This document shows positions 49,672 to 58,174 of a stretch of 64,000 nt of DNA, one piece after another. The DNA is from Clostridia bacterium (GTDB lineage: Bacteria; Bacillota; Clostridia; Christensenellales; UBA1242). Position numbers and translations under genes: made by a program. Below the pieces are notes generated by a model. It was not told the DNA's origin. It was given only the letters and a program-made list of their open reading frames with translations, and did not search any database. Position 1 is the first letter of the stretch. Each line of letters begins with the position of its first letter. The stretch spans positions 128,989-192,988 of the forward strand of contig JAFXZE010000007.1 of assembly GCA_017541375.1 (NCBI GenBank). Direction: 5' to 3'.

Positions 49672-50949
49672 TCAACTTAATGACTCTATTAGTTTTTCAA
49701 TTAGTTGAACATTTTTATCACACTCTTTTTTATTGTCCCCCTCAACCAACACCCTGATACACTCCTCAGTCCCCGAAGGACGCACAAGTATTCTCCCTCG
49801 GAAATGAGTTTTGATTTGTCTTATAAGGTTTTTTAGTGATTTTGACGATACTATTTTTAGTTTATCTTCCACATTTATGCTTTTACTAAGGGCATAGTTC
49901 AATTTAAAATCTGCCAGATCATTCAAATCTGAATCGGTATACTTAATAATATTTGCAATGCACAACGCTGTATATATCCCATCACCTGTTGCTAAATAAT
50001 TTGACAAAATAATATGTCCTGAAGATTCACCGCCTAATTGTATGTTGTTTTTTTTCATCAAAGCTGCTACATTACTATCGCCTACATTAGCACGCAAAAG
50101 CCTAATTCCCTTTTTATTTAATTCACTACTAATAGCTCCATTTGTCATCTTAGTACCCACCACTGCTTTAGAGCTAATTCCCACTAAATCTTGATTAGTA
50201 GCTAATATATAAAGCAATATATCCCCATCAAATACTTCTCCAGTATTACCTACGGCTATCACCCTATCTCCATCCCCATCAAAAGCAAAACCTATTGTAG
50301 CATTATTCTCTTTTACAGCCCTTTTTAAGGATGATAAATGTAACGAGCCACATTTAAGATTGATATTTTCCCCATCAGGAGCAGCGTTAATCAAAACAAC
50401 ATTCGCATTGTTTTTTTCAAATATTTTCTGAGCTAATTTACTGGTTGCACCATTTGCACAATCTAACACAATCTTTATTCCACTAAGATTGAATCTACCA
50501 TTTAAATACTCTTCATAGTGAAGCACCAAACTAGGATTATACTCCAGCTTCCCACCAGCTAAATAAGACAATTTTTTCCTTGCTATTTGCAAACTTATTT
50601 TATTTTCTAAGGTGCATATTATTTTCTCTCCATTACTATCAAAAATCTTTATTCCATTATATTGCACTTGATTATGCGATGCGGTAATCATCGCCCCAAA
50701 ATCGCACTTTAGCTTTTTTGTGAGATATGCCACACATGCACTTGGACAAATGCCTACATCAATAACTTTTCCACCAGCCATCATCACTCCCTCTGCTAGG
50801 CTGTTTTTTATTACCCTACTATGGTATCTTGTATCCATTCCAATTAGCATTGTTTTACTCACAAAAAAGTTGCCACATCGAAAAGCTATATCCAGCGTCA
50901 ATTTATCACCAAACACTCCGCGAATTCCGTCAGTTCCAAAGTAATTCAT
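49672..50949 (-). CDS. glmM: phosphoglucosamine mutase
   Basis: Start MNYFGTDGIRG (50949), ATGA-coupled to the upstream gene. Phosphoserine loop TASHNQVQYNGIK (canonical SHNP reads SHNQ here). Metal loop FDGDGDR. Confidence 0.9.
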   Translation of the reverse strand: MNYFGTDGIRGVFGDKLTLDIAFRCGNFFVSKTMLIGMDTRYHSRVIKNSLAEGVMMAGGKVIDVGICPSACVAYLTKKLKCDFGAMITASHNQVQYNGIKIFDSNGEKIICTLENKISLQIARKKLSYLAGGKLEYNPSLVLHYEEYLNGRFNLSGIKIVLDCANGATSKLAQKIFEKNNANVVLINAAPDGENINLKCGSLHLSSLKRAVKENNATIGFAFDGDGDRVIAVGNTGEVFDGDILLYILATNQDLVGISSKAVVGTKMTNGAISSELNKKGIRLLRANVGDSNVAALMKKNNIQLGGESSGHIILSNYLATGDGIYTALCIANIIKYTDSDLNDLADFKLNYALSKSINVEDKLKIVSSKSLKNLIRQIKTHFRGRILVRPSGTEECIRVLVEGDNKKECDKNVQLIEKLIESLS

Positions 50950-51545
50950 GCCCCCTCCCAATATTTTTTTGCTCTATTAGCTTTTGTTATAGGGCGCACG
51001 CGTCCTATAATAAAGTCATTTTCTTGTGAATCGCTAGTCACCGTTGTTCCTGCACAAATATATGTGTAGTCTGCAAGTCTGATAGGAGCAATAATATTAC
51101 AATTACTCCCAATAAAACAGCTATCCCCTACAACAGTATGATTTTTTTTCATACCATCGTAATTTACAAATATAGCGCCACAACCAATATTACAATTTTC
51201 CCCAACGCTTGCATCTCCCACATAGGCTAAGTGGCTTATTTTAGTGTTTTTTCCTATTACGCTATTTTTTATTTCTACAAAATTACCTATTCTACACCCA
51301 CTTTCGATACTACAATCAGGTCGAATATGGGCAAAAGGTCCAATCGAAACACAATTAGATATATGAGAATTTTCTACTACACTGCAAAAAATCGTGCAGT
51401 TTGCCCCAATCTCACTATCTATTATTATACTAAAAGGATAAATAATAGCATTTGCACCAACTTTGCAACGCCCTATAAATGTAACATTATCAAAAATAAT
51501 AGCACTGTCGTCAACTTCGACAGTGCTCTTTAGTTTAGTCTTCAT
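50946..51545 (-). CDS. stand-alone left-handed beta-helix acetyltransferase matching the GlmU C-terminal domain
   Basis: 199 aa. GPFAHIRP...IGNFVEIKNS...SHLAYVGDASVGENCNIGCGAIFVNYDG..K..T.VGD..FIGSN tracks the GlmU acetyltransferase domain. Confidence 0.8.
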   Translation of the reverse strand: MKTKLKSTVEVDDSAIIFDNVTFIGRCKVGANAIIYPFSIIIDSEIGANCTIFCSVVENSHISNCVSIGPFAHIRPDCSIESGCRIGNFVEIKNSVIGKNTKISHLAYVGDASVGENCNIGCGAIFVNYDGMKKNHTVVGDSCFIGSNCNIIAPIRLADYTYICAGTTVTSDSQENDFIIGRVRPITKANRAKKYWEGA

Positions 51546-52408
51546 ATATCTCCATTATTAACTAAGTCTTTTAAAAACTCTTTAAATTGTGTCCCAATCT
51601 TTGGGTCATTAAGTCCAGCTAAAACATTAGCCTTTACAAAGCCAAGCGGATTGCCAATATCAAGTCTAATACCAGTAATATACACTCCATACATGCCATG
51701 ATTGGCTGCTAAATAATCAAAAAACTTTGTAAGTATTACCTCTTCATTTGCTGGCACAGAATCTACATCCACACAATCAAACACATCAGATGTAAATAAT
51801 CCCCCTCCAGTATAACAGACATCACTTGGGCTTTCCTCAGGTCTGGGCTTTTCTACAATTTTTTCTATTTTATTACCTAACTCGTCTTTTTTATAGGAAA
51901 CCATACCATATTTGTAACTCTCTTCTATTGGTATCTGCTTCATTGGAATAATGCTGCAACCGGTTTTTTTATAACCCTCAATTAAAGCACCTGCATAGCT
52001 TTGATTTAGCACTAATTCGTCAGGAAAAATAAGAATAAACGGTTCTTTTCCTACAAAATTACGTGCTTCTAGTAGCGCAAATCCCGTTCCTCTAGCGTAT
52101 TTTTGGCGCATAAAATACACATTTACGCCCTCAAACATCGAATTTATCACAGAGCAAAATTCTGGTTTTTCGCTTACTCTTTGTTCTGTTTCGACATTTC
52201 TATCATAATACTTCTCTAGGCTTTCCTTATCACGTCCTAATATGATAAGGATTTCCGTTACGCCATTCTCCTTTAGGTCTTGTATACAATAATCTATCGC
52301 CGGTCTATTTAATATCGGCATCATTTCCTTTGGTACAGTTTTGGTGATAGGCAACATGCGTGTTGCCAATCCCCCACACAAAATAACAGCTTTTTTCACT
52401 TTTTTCAT
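51542..52408 (-). CDS. sugar-1-phosphate uridylyltransferase, GalU/GtaB-like
   Basis: MKKVKKAVILCGGLATRMLPITKTVPKEMMPI matches the GalU/GtaB N-terminus. 288 aa. ATGA-coupled to the acetyltransferase gene. Confidence 0.8.
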   Translation of the reverse strand: MKKVKKAVILCGGLATRMLPITKTVPKEMMPILNRPAIDYCIQDLKENGVTEILIILGRDKESLEKYYDRNVETEQRVSEKPEFCSVINSMFEGVNVYFMRQKYARGTGFALLEARNFVGKEPFILIFPDELVLNQSYAGALIEGYKKTGCSIIPMKQIPIEESYKYGMVSYKKDELGNKIEKIVEKPRPEESPSDVCYTGGGLFTSDVFDCVDVDSVPANEEVILTKFFDYLAANHGMYGVYITGIRLDIGNPLGFVKANVLAGLNDPKIGTQFKEFLKDLVNNGDI

Positions 52409-52414
52409 ACAGCC

Positions 52415-52443
52415 ATTATATTATAAATTATTCTAAAAGTCAA
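52415..52443 (-). promoter_or_regulatory. sigma-A promoter placed for a leaderless transcript
   Basis: Minus strand TTGACT (52443-52438), 17 nt, TATAAT (52420-52415), then ggctgt, then ATG (52408). No Shine-Dalgarno sequence. Confidence 0.5.
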
Positions 52444-52496
52444 CAAATTTTACCGCATAATTAATTTATGCCACTATTTTATTTTTTGTGCTCTTT

Positions 52497-52566
52497 TGCA
52501 ACGACCGCGTTGCATCCGGCGAACGCCCAGCGTTCGATCTGAATAGCTTCGCCACTTGCTTTGTCT
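52497..52566 (+). repeat. GC-rich intergenic element, copy C (full length)
   Basis: Hairpins tgcaacg-accg-cgttgca (52497-52514) and cgaacgc-cca-gcgttcg (52520-52536). Aligns to copy B at 38/53 positions. Confidence 0.55.
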
Positions 52567-52606
52567 AACTACTTGACTATGCTTTGTTTTGGTTTTGTTT
52601 GTGTCG

Positions 52607-52700
52607 CTTTGAAAAACGCGATTCCATCGCTTATTTTCAAAGAGTACGCAAAATCGCTACCCACAGCCATCTATTACTAGACTTATATCGGTAGCGATTT
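52607..52700. other. two long hairpins in the 3' region of the R-M gene
   Basis: First: ctttgaaaa-ac-gcgat-tcc-atcgc-tta-ttttcaaag (52607-52642). Second: aaatcgctacc...ggtagcgattt, an 11-bp stem (52651-52700). Confidence 0.5.
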
Positions 52701-52709
52701 ATTTATATC

Positions 52710-55496
52710 TTAGTCTGATGTTTGGCTTGTTAGTTTTTGGTACATTTTGAAGAGTTCTGCCACGATTTCACTCTCGGTTATGCCCCTCTTCCAGCCATAC
52801 GCCTCTATTACTGCCCTATCGTTTTCGTTATGTGCCTTACGCAAATCATCAGGCATAGTGACTGGGTCATACAGCACCGCCAAACTACAATCTGGATGTT
52901 TTTTCCTCGCATCCAGTATGCCTTGGGCTGTACGTTTGATTTTTTCTTCTTGTTCTTTTGTAGGTGTCGGCCATGGAAAGTTGTTGTAAACAAAAGGAGA
53001 ATAATTATAATCGCTTTTAAGTCGTCCAGCAACAACTCTCATCCAAGAATTATGTATATTAGATGAGAGAATCCCAAACATATATAAGTCTGCATTAGAA
53101 ATAAAATTAACTCGATCACTCAAAATTACATCTGGTTTCATGAAGCCTATTGGTATGTATTTTCTATTTTTAGACGAAACTCTTGGTATTGCCAAATATG
53201 CAGTGTTTGGTTGTCGAATTTGAGTAAACAACATTGGTCTTTCAGAATCTTTTCGAACAGACAATGTTGGACTACTCAATCTAAAATCTCTAACATTATT
53301 AAGTCTTTCTACAATTGGTTTTATGTTCCGATACTTTTGGGGGGAAATATCGCACAACCACAAACAATATCTCACTTTATTATTAATAAATTCCTCTGCT
53401 CCAATATATCTTTTAATCAACTCATTAGTTTCAGGATATTTTTTTATTAAATTATCCTTTTCTTCTTTACTTAATATCAAAAAACCCCCATCAGTTGCTT
53501 GACTACCTTTTGAAATTGGCTGCAAAGTCGAAAATAGTTGTTTTGAACGATTTTGTATGAAAATATTAGGTGCATCCATTAAATAACCATTTATATTTTT
53601 TACTTGCTTAAAAGTTCCATTTTCATATAAAAGTTTGTTTGCATTTAAATTGAAACAACAAAAACCTATAATTACACAATGGACAGCAGCCTTATCCTTT
53701 GCTTCACTAGACCATATAAAAGACTTATGAGCAAATAATATTTCAGCATTTTTTTTGTTAAATAGATAATGCCATAAAATTGGAACAGATTCCCCCTGAC
53801 AAATAGAGTTTGTTGAAACAAACGCTGTTTTAATGTTGGTATTCTCCATTAATTCTACAGCTTTAACATACCAAGCACAAACATAATCTAATTTCCCATG
53901 TATTTTTAAATCTTTAAAAGCAAATTCCATATCTCTTACTTGTTCAGCATTTCTCCATTGATGCCCTACAAACGGTGGATTGCCCATAATGTAGTTTAAT
54001 TTTTCTTTAGGAATCACATCATTCCAGTCTATACGCAAAGCATTACCCTCCACAATATGCGCAGTGGTCTGAATGGGTAAAAAGTCAGGCACATTGGGGA
54101 TAATTCTTTGGGTTTCTTTTAGCATTTGCGACTCTGATATCCACAGTGCAGTTTCGGCTACCCTACAGGCAAAATCATTTATCTCGATGCCATAGAAATG
54201 GTCTATTTTTACACAAATCATTTCGTCCATTAGGGTCTGCTGAGCCTTGCCTATAGCATATTGAGACCTGAGTGCATCATTCTCTAATTCACGCAATGAG
54301 AGGTATGTTTCTGTAAGGAAATTACCCGAGCCACAAGCAGGGTCCAAAAATTTTAACTTACCCAACTTGTAGCGATACTCTGCCAACTTTTTGTCCCTTT
54401 GATTTTTGTTTTTGATAAATTTAATTTTCTCAAGTTCCGTCCTGAGGTCATTTAAAAATAGCGGGTCTATTACTTTGTGAATATTCTCGAGTGAAGTGTA
54501 GTGCATTCCGCCCTTTCGTCTAGTTTCGGGGTTGAGAGTGCTCTCAAACACCGCCCCAAAAATAGTAGGGCTAATTTCACTCCAATTGAAACTTTCACTT
54601 GCCTCTTCTAAAATTAACTTTTTAATCTCTTCATTGAACGTAGGCATCAAAACATCTGTATTTCTAAATAATCCGCCATTTACATAAGGGAAACTCAACA
54701 GTTCTTTTGAAAATTTGCTATCACGTAATTCTTGTGGAATATTCAAAATCTTAAACAAACGCTTGAGAGCCACATCCATCTTTTCGGCAGGATATTTCAT
54801 CAAGTAATCATGAAAAGCCCCCTTAGGGCGGAATAAATCACTATCTTCAGCATAAAAGCAAAACACCAAACGCACACAAAGTTCATTAATGTTTTTGTCT
54901 ATTGTTTTTTCATCCAAATTGGCAAATTGCTTTTGCATTTGTGATCTAAGTGCATTATAAAGTTTGCCCACGATTTCACCGGCTTTCATCGAAAGTTCGG
55001 TTTCTTTCTTTATATAATCATATTTTTCGTCGACAATAAACTTTAGGACATTGTAGTGCTTGGGTAATTCGTACAACTTTACAGATACAGGCGCAGGATT
55101 TACAGATTTTCCTATATCATATATACGAAATTCTTTAAAGTTACACACAATAATCCACCTTACTTTATCAAAATAAGGAAGATTGGCTGCATACCTCTGC
55201 GCTTGCTCAAAAGGCGTCAACAATTCGCCATCAGATTGGCGCTCTGGTTTATCTAAGTTGACACTACTATTCTTTTGCTCAATCAAAACGTGAGTTTTCT
55301 TTATAAAACCGTCTATAAATTTGGTTTGCCCATTTACTTCGACTTGTTTTTCAAAATTGATAAACTCACTTGGGTGGCGTATGGAAAAAATTTCTCCCAA
55401 CAATTCAGTCCAAAAACTATCTTTTTCGCCTTTTTCATATCCTTTACCACTCCAACGACGAACAAAATCTTCTATAGTATACTTATCTACGTTCAT
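52710..55496 (-). CDS. MmeI-like type IIL (IIG) restriction-modification enzyme: nuclease, N6-adenine methyltransferase and TRD in one polypeptide
   Basis: ATG at 55496 follows AGGAGA. N-terminal D...E-x-K (FIDGFIKKTHVLIEQK). SAM motif FLDPACGSGNFL. Catalytic NPPF (IMGNPPFVG). Long C-terminal target-recognition region. About 928 aa. Confidence 0.82.
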   Translation of the reverse strand: MNVDKYTIEDFVRRWSGKGYEKGEKDSFWTELLGEIFSIRHPSEFINFEKQVEVNGQTKFIDGFIKKTHVLIEQKNSSVNLDKPERQSDGELLTPFEQAQRYAANLPYFDKVRWIIVCNFKEFRIYDIGKSVNPAPVSVKLYELPKHYNVLKFIVDEKYDYIKKETELSMKAGEIVGKLYNALRSQMQKQFANLDEKTIDKNINELCVRLVFCFYAEDSDLFRPKGAFHDYLMKYPAEKMDVALKRLFKILNIPQELRDSKFSKELLSFPYVNGGLFRNTDVLMPTFNEEIKKLILEEASESFNWSEISPTIFGAVFESTLNPETRRKGGMHYTSLENIHKVIDPLFLNDLRTELEKIKFIKNKNQRDKKLAEYRYKLGKLKFLDPACGSGNFLTETYLSLRELENDALRSQYAIGKAQQTLMDEMICVKIDHFYGIEINDFACRVAETALWISESQMLKETQRIIPNVPDFLPIQTTAHIVEGNALRIDWNDVIPKEKLNYIMGNPPFVGHQWRNAEQVRDMEFAFKDLKIHGKLDYVCAWYVKAVELMENTNIKTAFVSTNSICQGESVPILWHYLFNKKNAEILFAHKSFIWSSEAKDKAAVHCVIIGFCCFNLNANKLLYENGTFKQVKNINGYLMDAPNIFIQNRSKQLFSTLQPISKGSQATDGGFLILSKEEKDNLIKKYPETNELIKRYIGAEEFINNKVRYCLWLCDISPQKYRNIKPIVERLNNVRDFRLSSPTLSVRKDSERPMLFTQIRQPNTAYLAIPRVSSKNRKYIPIGFMKPDVILSDRVNFISNADLYMFGILSSNIHNSWMRVVAGRLKSDYNYSPFVYNNFPWPTPTKEQEEKIKRTAQGILDARKKHPDCSLAVLYDPVTMPDDLRKAHNENDRAVIEAYGWKRGITESEIVAELFKMYQKLTSQTSD

Positions 55497-55512
55497 ATTT
55501 TCTCCTATTGTT

Positions 55513-56586
55513 TTATAGCGGAATATTAGCAAGGGCAGAAATGGATAGGTCGGCTGGATCGGAACTTAGTAGTTGATAATAGGCAATTGAGCCAATCATC
55601 GCAGCATTGTCCGTACAAAACTCCTTGGGTGGGTAAAATAGCTCGATACCTGCCTTTTTACTAAGTTTATCAAGACTAGCTCTTAGATAAGAGTTGGCCG
55701 CCACGCCTCCAGCAAGCACCAATTTTTTCTCACCAAAATCCTCGCAAGCGCGTAGCACTTTACTTACTAGCATATCCACAGCTTCAGCCTGAAACGATGC
55801 ACAAATCTGCGGAACATCGAGTTTTTCTTTGTTCTGCTCTAATTTATGTACATAGTTTATCACAGCAGTTTTTAGCCCACTATAACTGATGTCATAACTT
55901 CCGCTCATGATATCGTGCTGAATAAACTTTATCTTAGGCTCTACTCCTGTAGCCAGCTTGTCAATTTTGGCTCCGCCAGGATATTCTAATCCTAAAACTC
56001 GAGCCACCTTATCAAAAGCCTCACCTATAGCATCATCTTGTGTCGTACCGATTAGTTTAAAGTGTACATAATCATCTACTTTGATGATAGCAGTATGCCC
56101 ACCACTAGTAAGCAAACACATAAACGGTGGCACCAAAGTAGGAAAAGCTATGTAGTTTGCTGCAATATGACCCTGAATATGATTTACATTGATAAGAGGC
56201 AAATCCAGGGCAAAACTAAGAGCCTTAGCCGTAGTTAGCCCAACCAATAATGCCCCAACTAACCCAGCTCCTTGAGTTACGCCTATTGCATCAATGTCAT
56301 TTAGTGTACACTTAGCACTAGACAGGGCTTGATCCACAAGTGGAATTATATTGAGAATGTGATTTCGGCTTGCCACTTCAGGCACAACCCCACCAAAATG
56401 ACGATGTATGTCAATTTGACTAGAAATAATGTTACTGAGTACTTTTCTCCCATTTTCTACAATCGCCACACTCGTTTCATCACAACTACTTTCTATTGCT
56501 AAAATTTTCACCTTTTTTTGTTTGCGCAAAGCCACACATTTTTGCTTCATCCTCTCAATGTAATCCATAGTTTTCCTCTTATTCAA
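55513..56586 (-). CDS. tsaD: tRNA N6-adenosine threonylcarbamoyltransferase TsaD
   Basis: ILAIESSCDETS, GGHT (LTSGGHTAI), GVAANS. The exact start is uncertain, as several Met codons are available. Confidence 0.93.
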   Translation of the reverse strand: MNKRKTMDYIERMKQKCVALRKQKKVKILAIESSCDETSVAIVENGRKVLSNIISSQIDIHRHFGGVVPEVASRNHILNIIPLVDQALSSAKCTLNDIDAIGVTQGAGLVGALLVGLTTAKALSFALDLPLINVNHIQGHIAANYIAFPTLVPPFMCLLTSGGHTAIIKVDDYVHFKLIGTTQDDAIGEAFDKVARVLGLEYPGGAKIDKLATGVEPKIKFIQHDIMSGSYDISYSGLKTAVINYVHKLEQNKEKLDVPQICASFQAEAVDMLVSKVLRACEDFGEKKLVLAGGVAANSYLRASLDKLSKKAGIELFYPPKEFCTDNAAMIGSIAYYQLLSSDPADLSISALANIPL

Positions 56587-57079
56587 ATTCGTTTTCGTTA
56601 TTTAGTATGTCTCCACGTTTTTTCTCCAACACCACCGTACGAGGCACATAACCAAGTCTCTCATAAAATGCCATTGCCTTGCGATTTGGCCATACATTTA
56701 GCGCAACAAACAAGCCATGACTCTTGGCAAAACCCTCTGCTTTCCCCATAAGAAGTGTGCCTATACCGTGCTTGCGATATTTTTCACTAACGGCCAACTC
56801 ATTGATAAATAGTGCACTTTCTGTGCTGTAGGAATAGTCCTTTTTTACCGCGCGCAAAAAACCAACTACTCGCTCTTTATCTCGCACTTTTATTACAGCT
56901 GAAAGCATAAAATAATTTTTTAGCACATCAGCAAACAATTCAGGAGAAATCTCAATATACCCATTCACATCAAATACATCAGGTCGCATATTCTGCAGCA
57001 CCATTCCCACTTCTTTGTGAATTACTTTAATGTCCTCATAATCATCTAACTTTGTTTTTCTAATCCTTACATCTATCAT
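56579..57079 (-). CDS. rimI: GNAT acetyltransferase, probably RimI
   Basis: 166 aa. Acetyl-CoA motif YRKHGIGTLLMGKAEGFA. Directly upstream of and overlapping tsaD. Confidence 0.6.
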   Translation of the reverse strand: MIDVRIRKTKLDDYEDIKVIHKEVGMVLQNMRPDVFDVNGYIEISPELFADVLKNYFMLSAVIKVRDKERVVGFLRAVKKDYSYSTESALFINELAVSEKYRKHGIGTLLMGKAEGFAKSHGLFVALNVWPNRKAMAFYERLGYVPRTVVLEKKRGDILNNENEFE

Positions 57080-57082
57080 TCT

Positions 57083-58174
57083 CTATCCACCCTTTTTTAA
57101 ATACTCTATTATAAAGTCTTGAATATTTCCATCCATAACCGACTCAACATTTGGTGTTTCGTAGTCTGTACGATGATCCTTTACTAGTGTATATGGACAA
57201 AATACATAACTACGAATTTGACTTCCCCACTCGATTTTTTTGAGTTCTCCTTGCACAGATTGCACATTTTTTTGAAATTCTTCATCTTGCATTGTAATGA
57301 GTTTTGCCTTCAAAATTTTGAGACAGTACTCTTTATTTTGCGTTTGACTACGTTCATTCTGACACTGCACTACAATCCCCGTGGGAATATGCCTAATCCG
57401 CACAGCACTATCGGTCGTGTTGACACCTTGACCGCCGTGTCCACCCGCATGAAAGGTATCTATTTTGAGGTCTTTTTCATCGATAACCACATCGTTATCA
57501 TTCTCAATCTGAGGCAAAATATCTATAGAAGCAAAACTTGTATGACGACGCGCATTACTATCAAACGGTGAAATACGCACCAGCCTATGTACTCCTTTTT
57601 CTGCTTTGAGAAATCCATATACATTTTCACCATCAATTTTAATAGTAGCCCCTTTAATGCCTGCGCCATCACCTACTGTGTAATCTAACACTTCATAGTC
57701 ATATCCAACTTTTTCACAATAGCGCATGTACATTCTTAGCAACATCTCTGCCCAATCTTGTGCCTCAGTTCCACCAGCCCCCGCCTGCACTGAAAGTATT
57801 GCACCGAGTTTATCATACTTTCCTCGCAATAGTGAAGCAAGCCGCATTTCTTCAATTTTGGGTGAAATCCGTTTGATTTCGTTTTTTAATTCCTCTACTA
57901 GTTCGTCACCTTCGCTAATTTCGCTAGCCAGTTCAACAATCGCTTTGAAACTTGAATCAATGTCTTTTAAATCAGCTAATTTTTTATCTATCACGCTAAT
58001 GCGCTTCCCCACCTTTTGCACCCGCTCTCTATCTGAATAAAATTCTGGGCTCGATTGCTCCGATATCAATTTCTCTTTCTCTGTTTCTAAAGAGGAGGTA
58101 TCATAGGTGCTGTCAATAATTTTGATAGAATCATTTAGCTTCGCAATTTCACTCTTTATCTCGTCTAAACTCAT
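57083..58174 (-). CDS. prfB: peptide chain release factor 2, single uninterrupted ORF
   Basis: SPF tripeptide (RISPFDS) and GGQ (GGHGGQGVNTTDSAVRIRHIPTG). Start MSLDEIK at 58174 overlaps the upstream stop (ATGA). Confidence 0.93.
   Translation of the reverse strand: MSLDEIKSEIAKLNDSIKIIDSTYDTSSLETEKEKLISEQSSPEFYSDRERVQKVGKRISVIDKKLADLKDIDSSFKAIVELASEISEGDELVEELKNEIKRISPKIEEMRLASLLRGKYDKLGAILSVQAGAGGTEAQDWAEMLLRMYMRYCEKVGYDYEVLDYTVGDGAGIKGATIKIDGENVYGFLKAEKGVHRLVRISPFDSNARRHTSFASIDILPQIENDNDVVIDEKDLKIDTFHAGGHGGQGVNTTDSAVRIRHIPTGIVVQCQNERSQTQNKEYCLKILKAKLITMQDEEFQKNVQSVQGELKKIEWGSQIRSYVFCPYTLVKDHRTDYETPNVESVMDGNIQDFIIEYLKKGG

Noticed and set aside
52520-52545. The motif gcgttcgatct in repeat copy C resembles a tRNA T-arm/T-loop, which could indicate a tRNA fragment or att site.
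   Set aside because: No complementary T-stem, acceptor stem or CCA context is present. The hairpin partner is the upstream cgaacgc. The same element occurs in inverted orientation elsewhere without tRNA features.
52710-55496. The large methyltransferase, considered as BREX PglX.
   Set aside because: No pglZ, brxC, brxL or other BREX genes are in the window. The protein also retains an N-terminal D...E-x-K nuclease-like motif typical of MmeI-type enzymes.
55497-55532. The R-M ORF appears to start inside tsaD, giving a 20-nt overlap.
   Set aside because: An internal ATG at 55496 is preceded by AGGAGA and removes the overlap. The upstream 12 codons are most likely untranslated.
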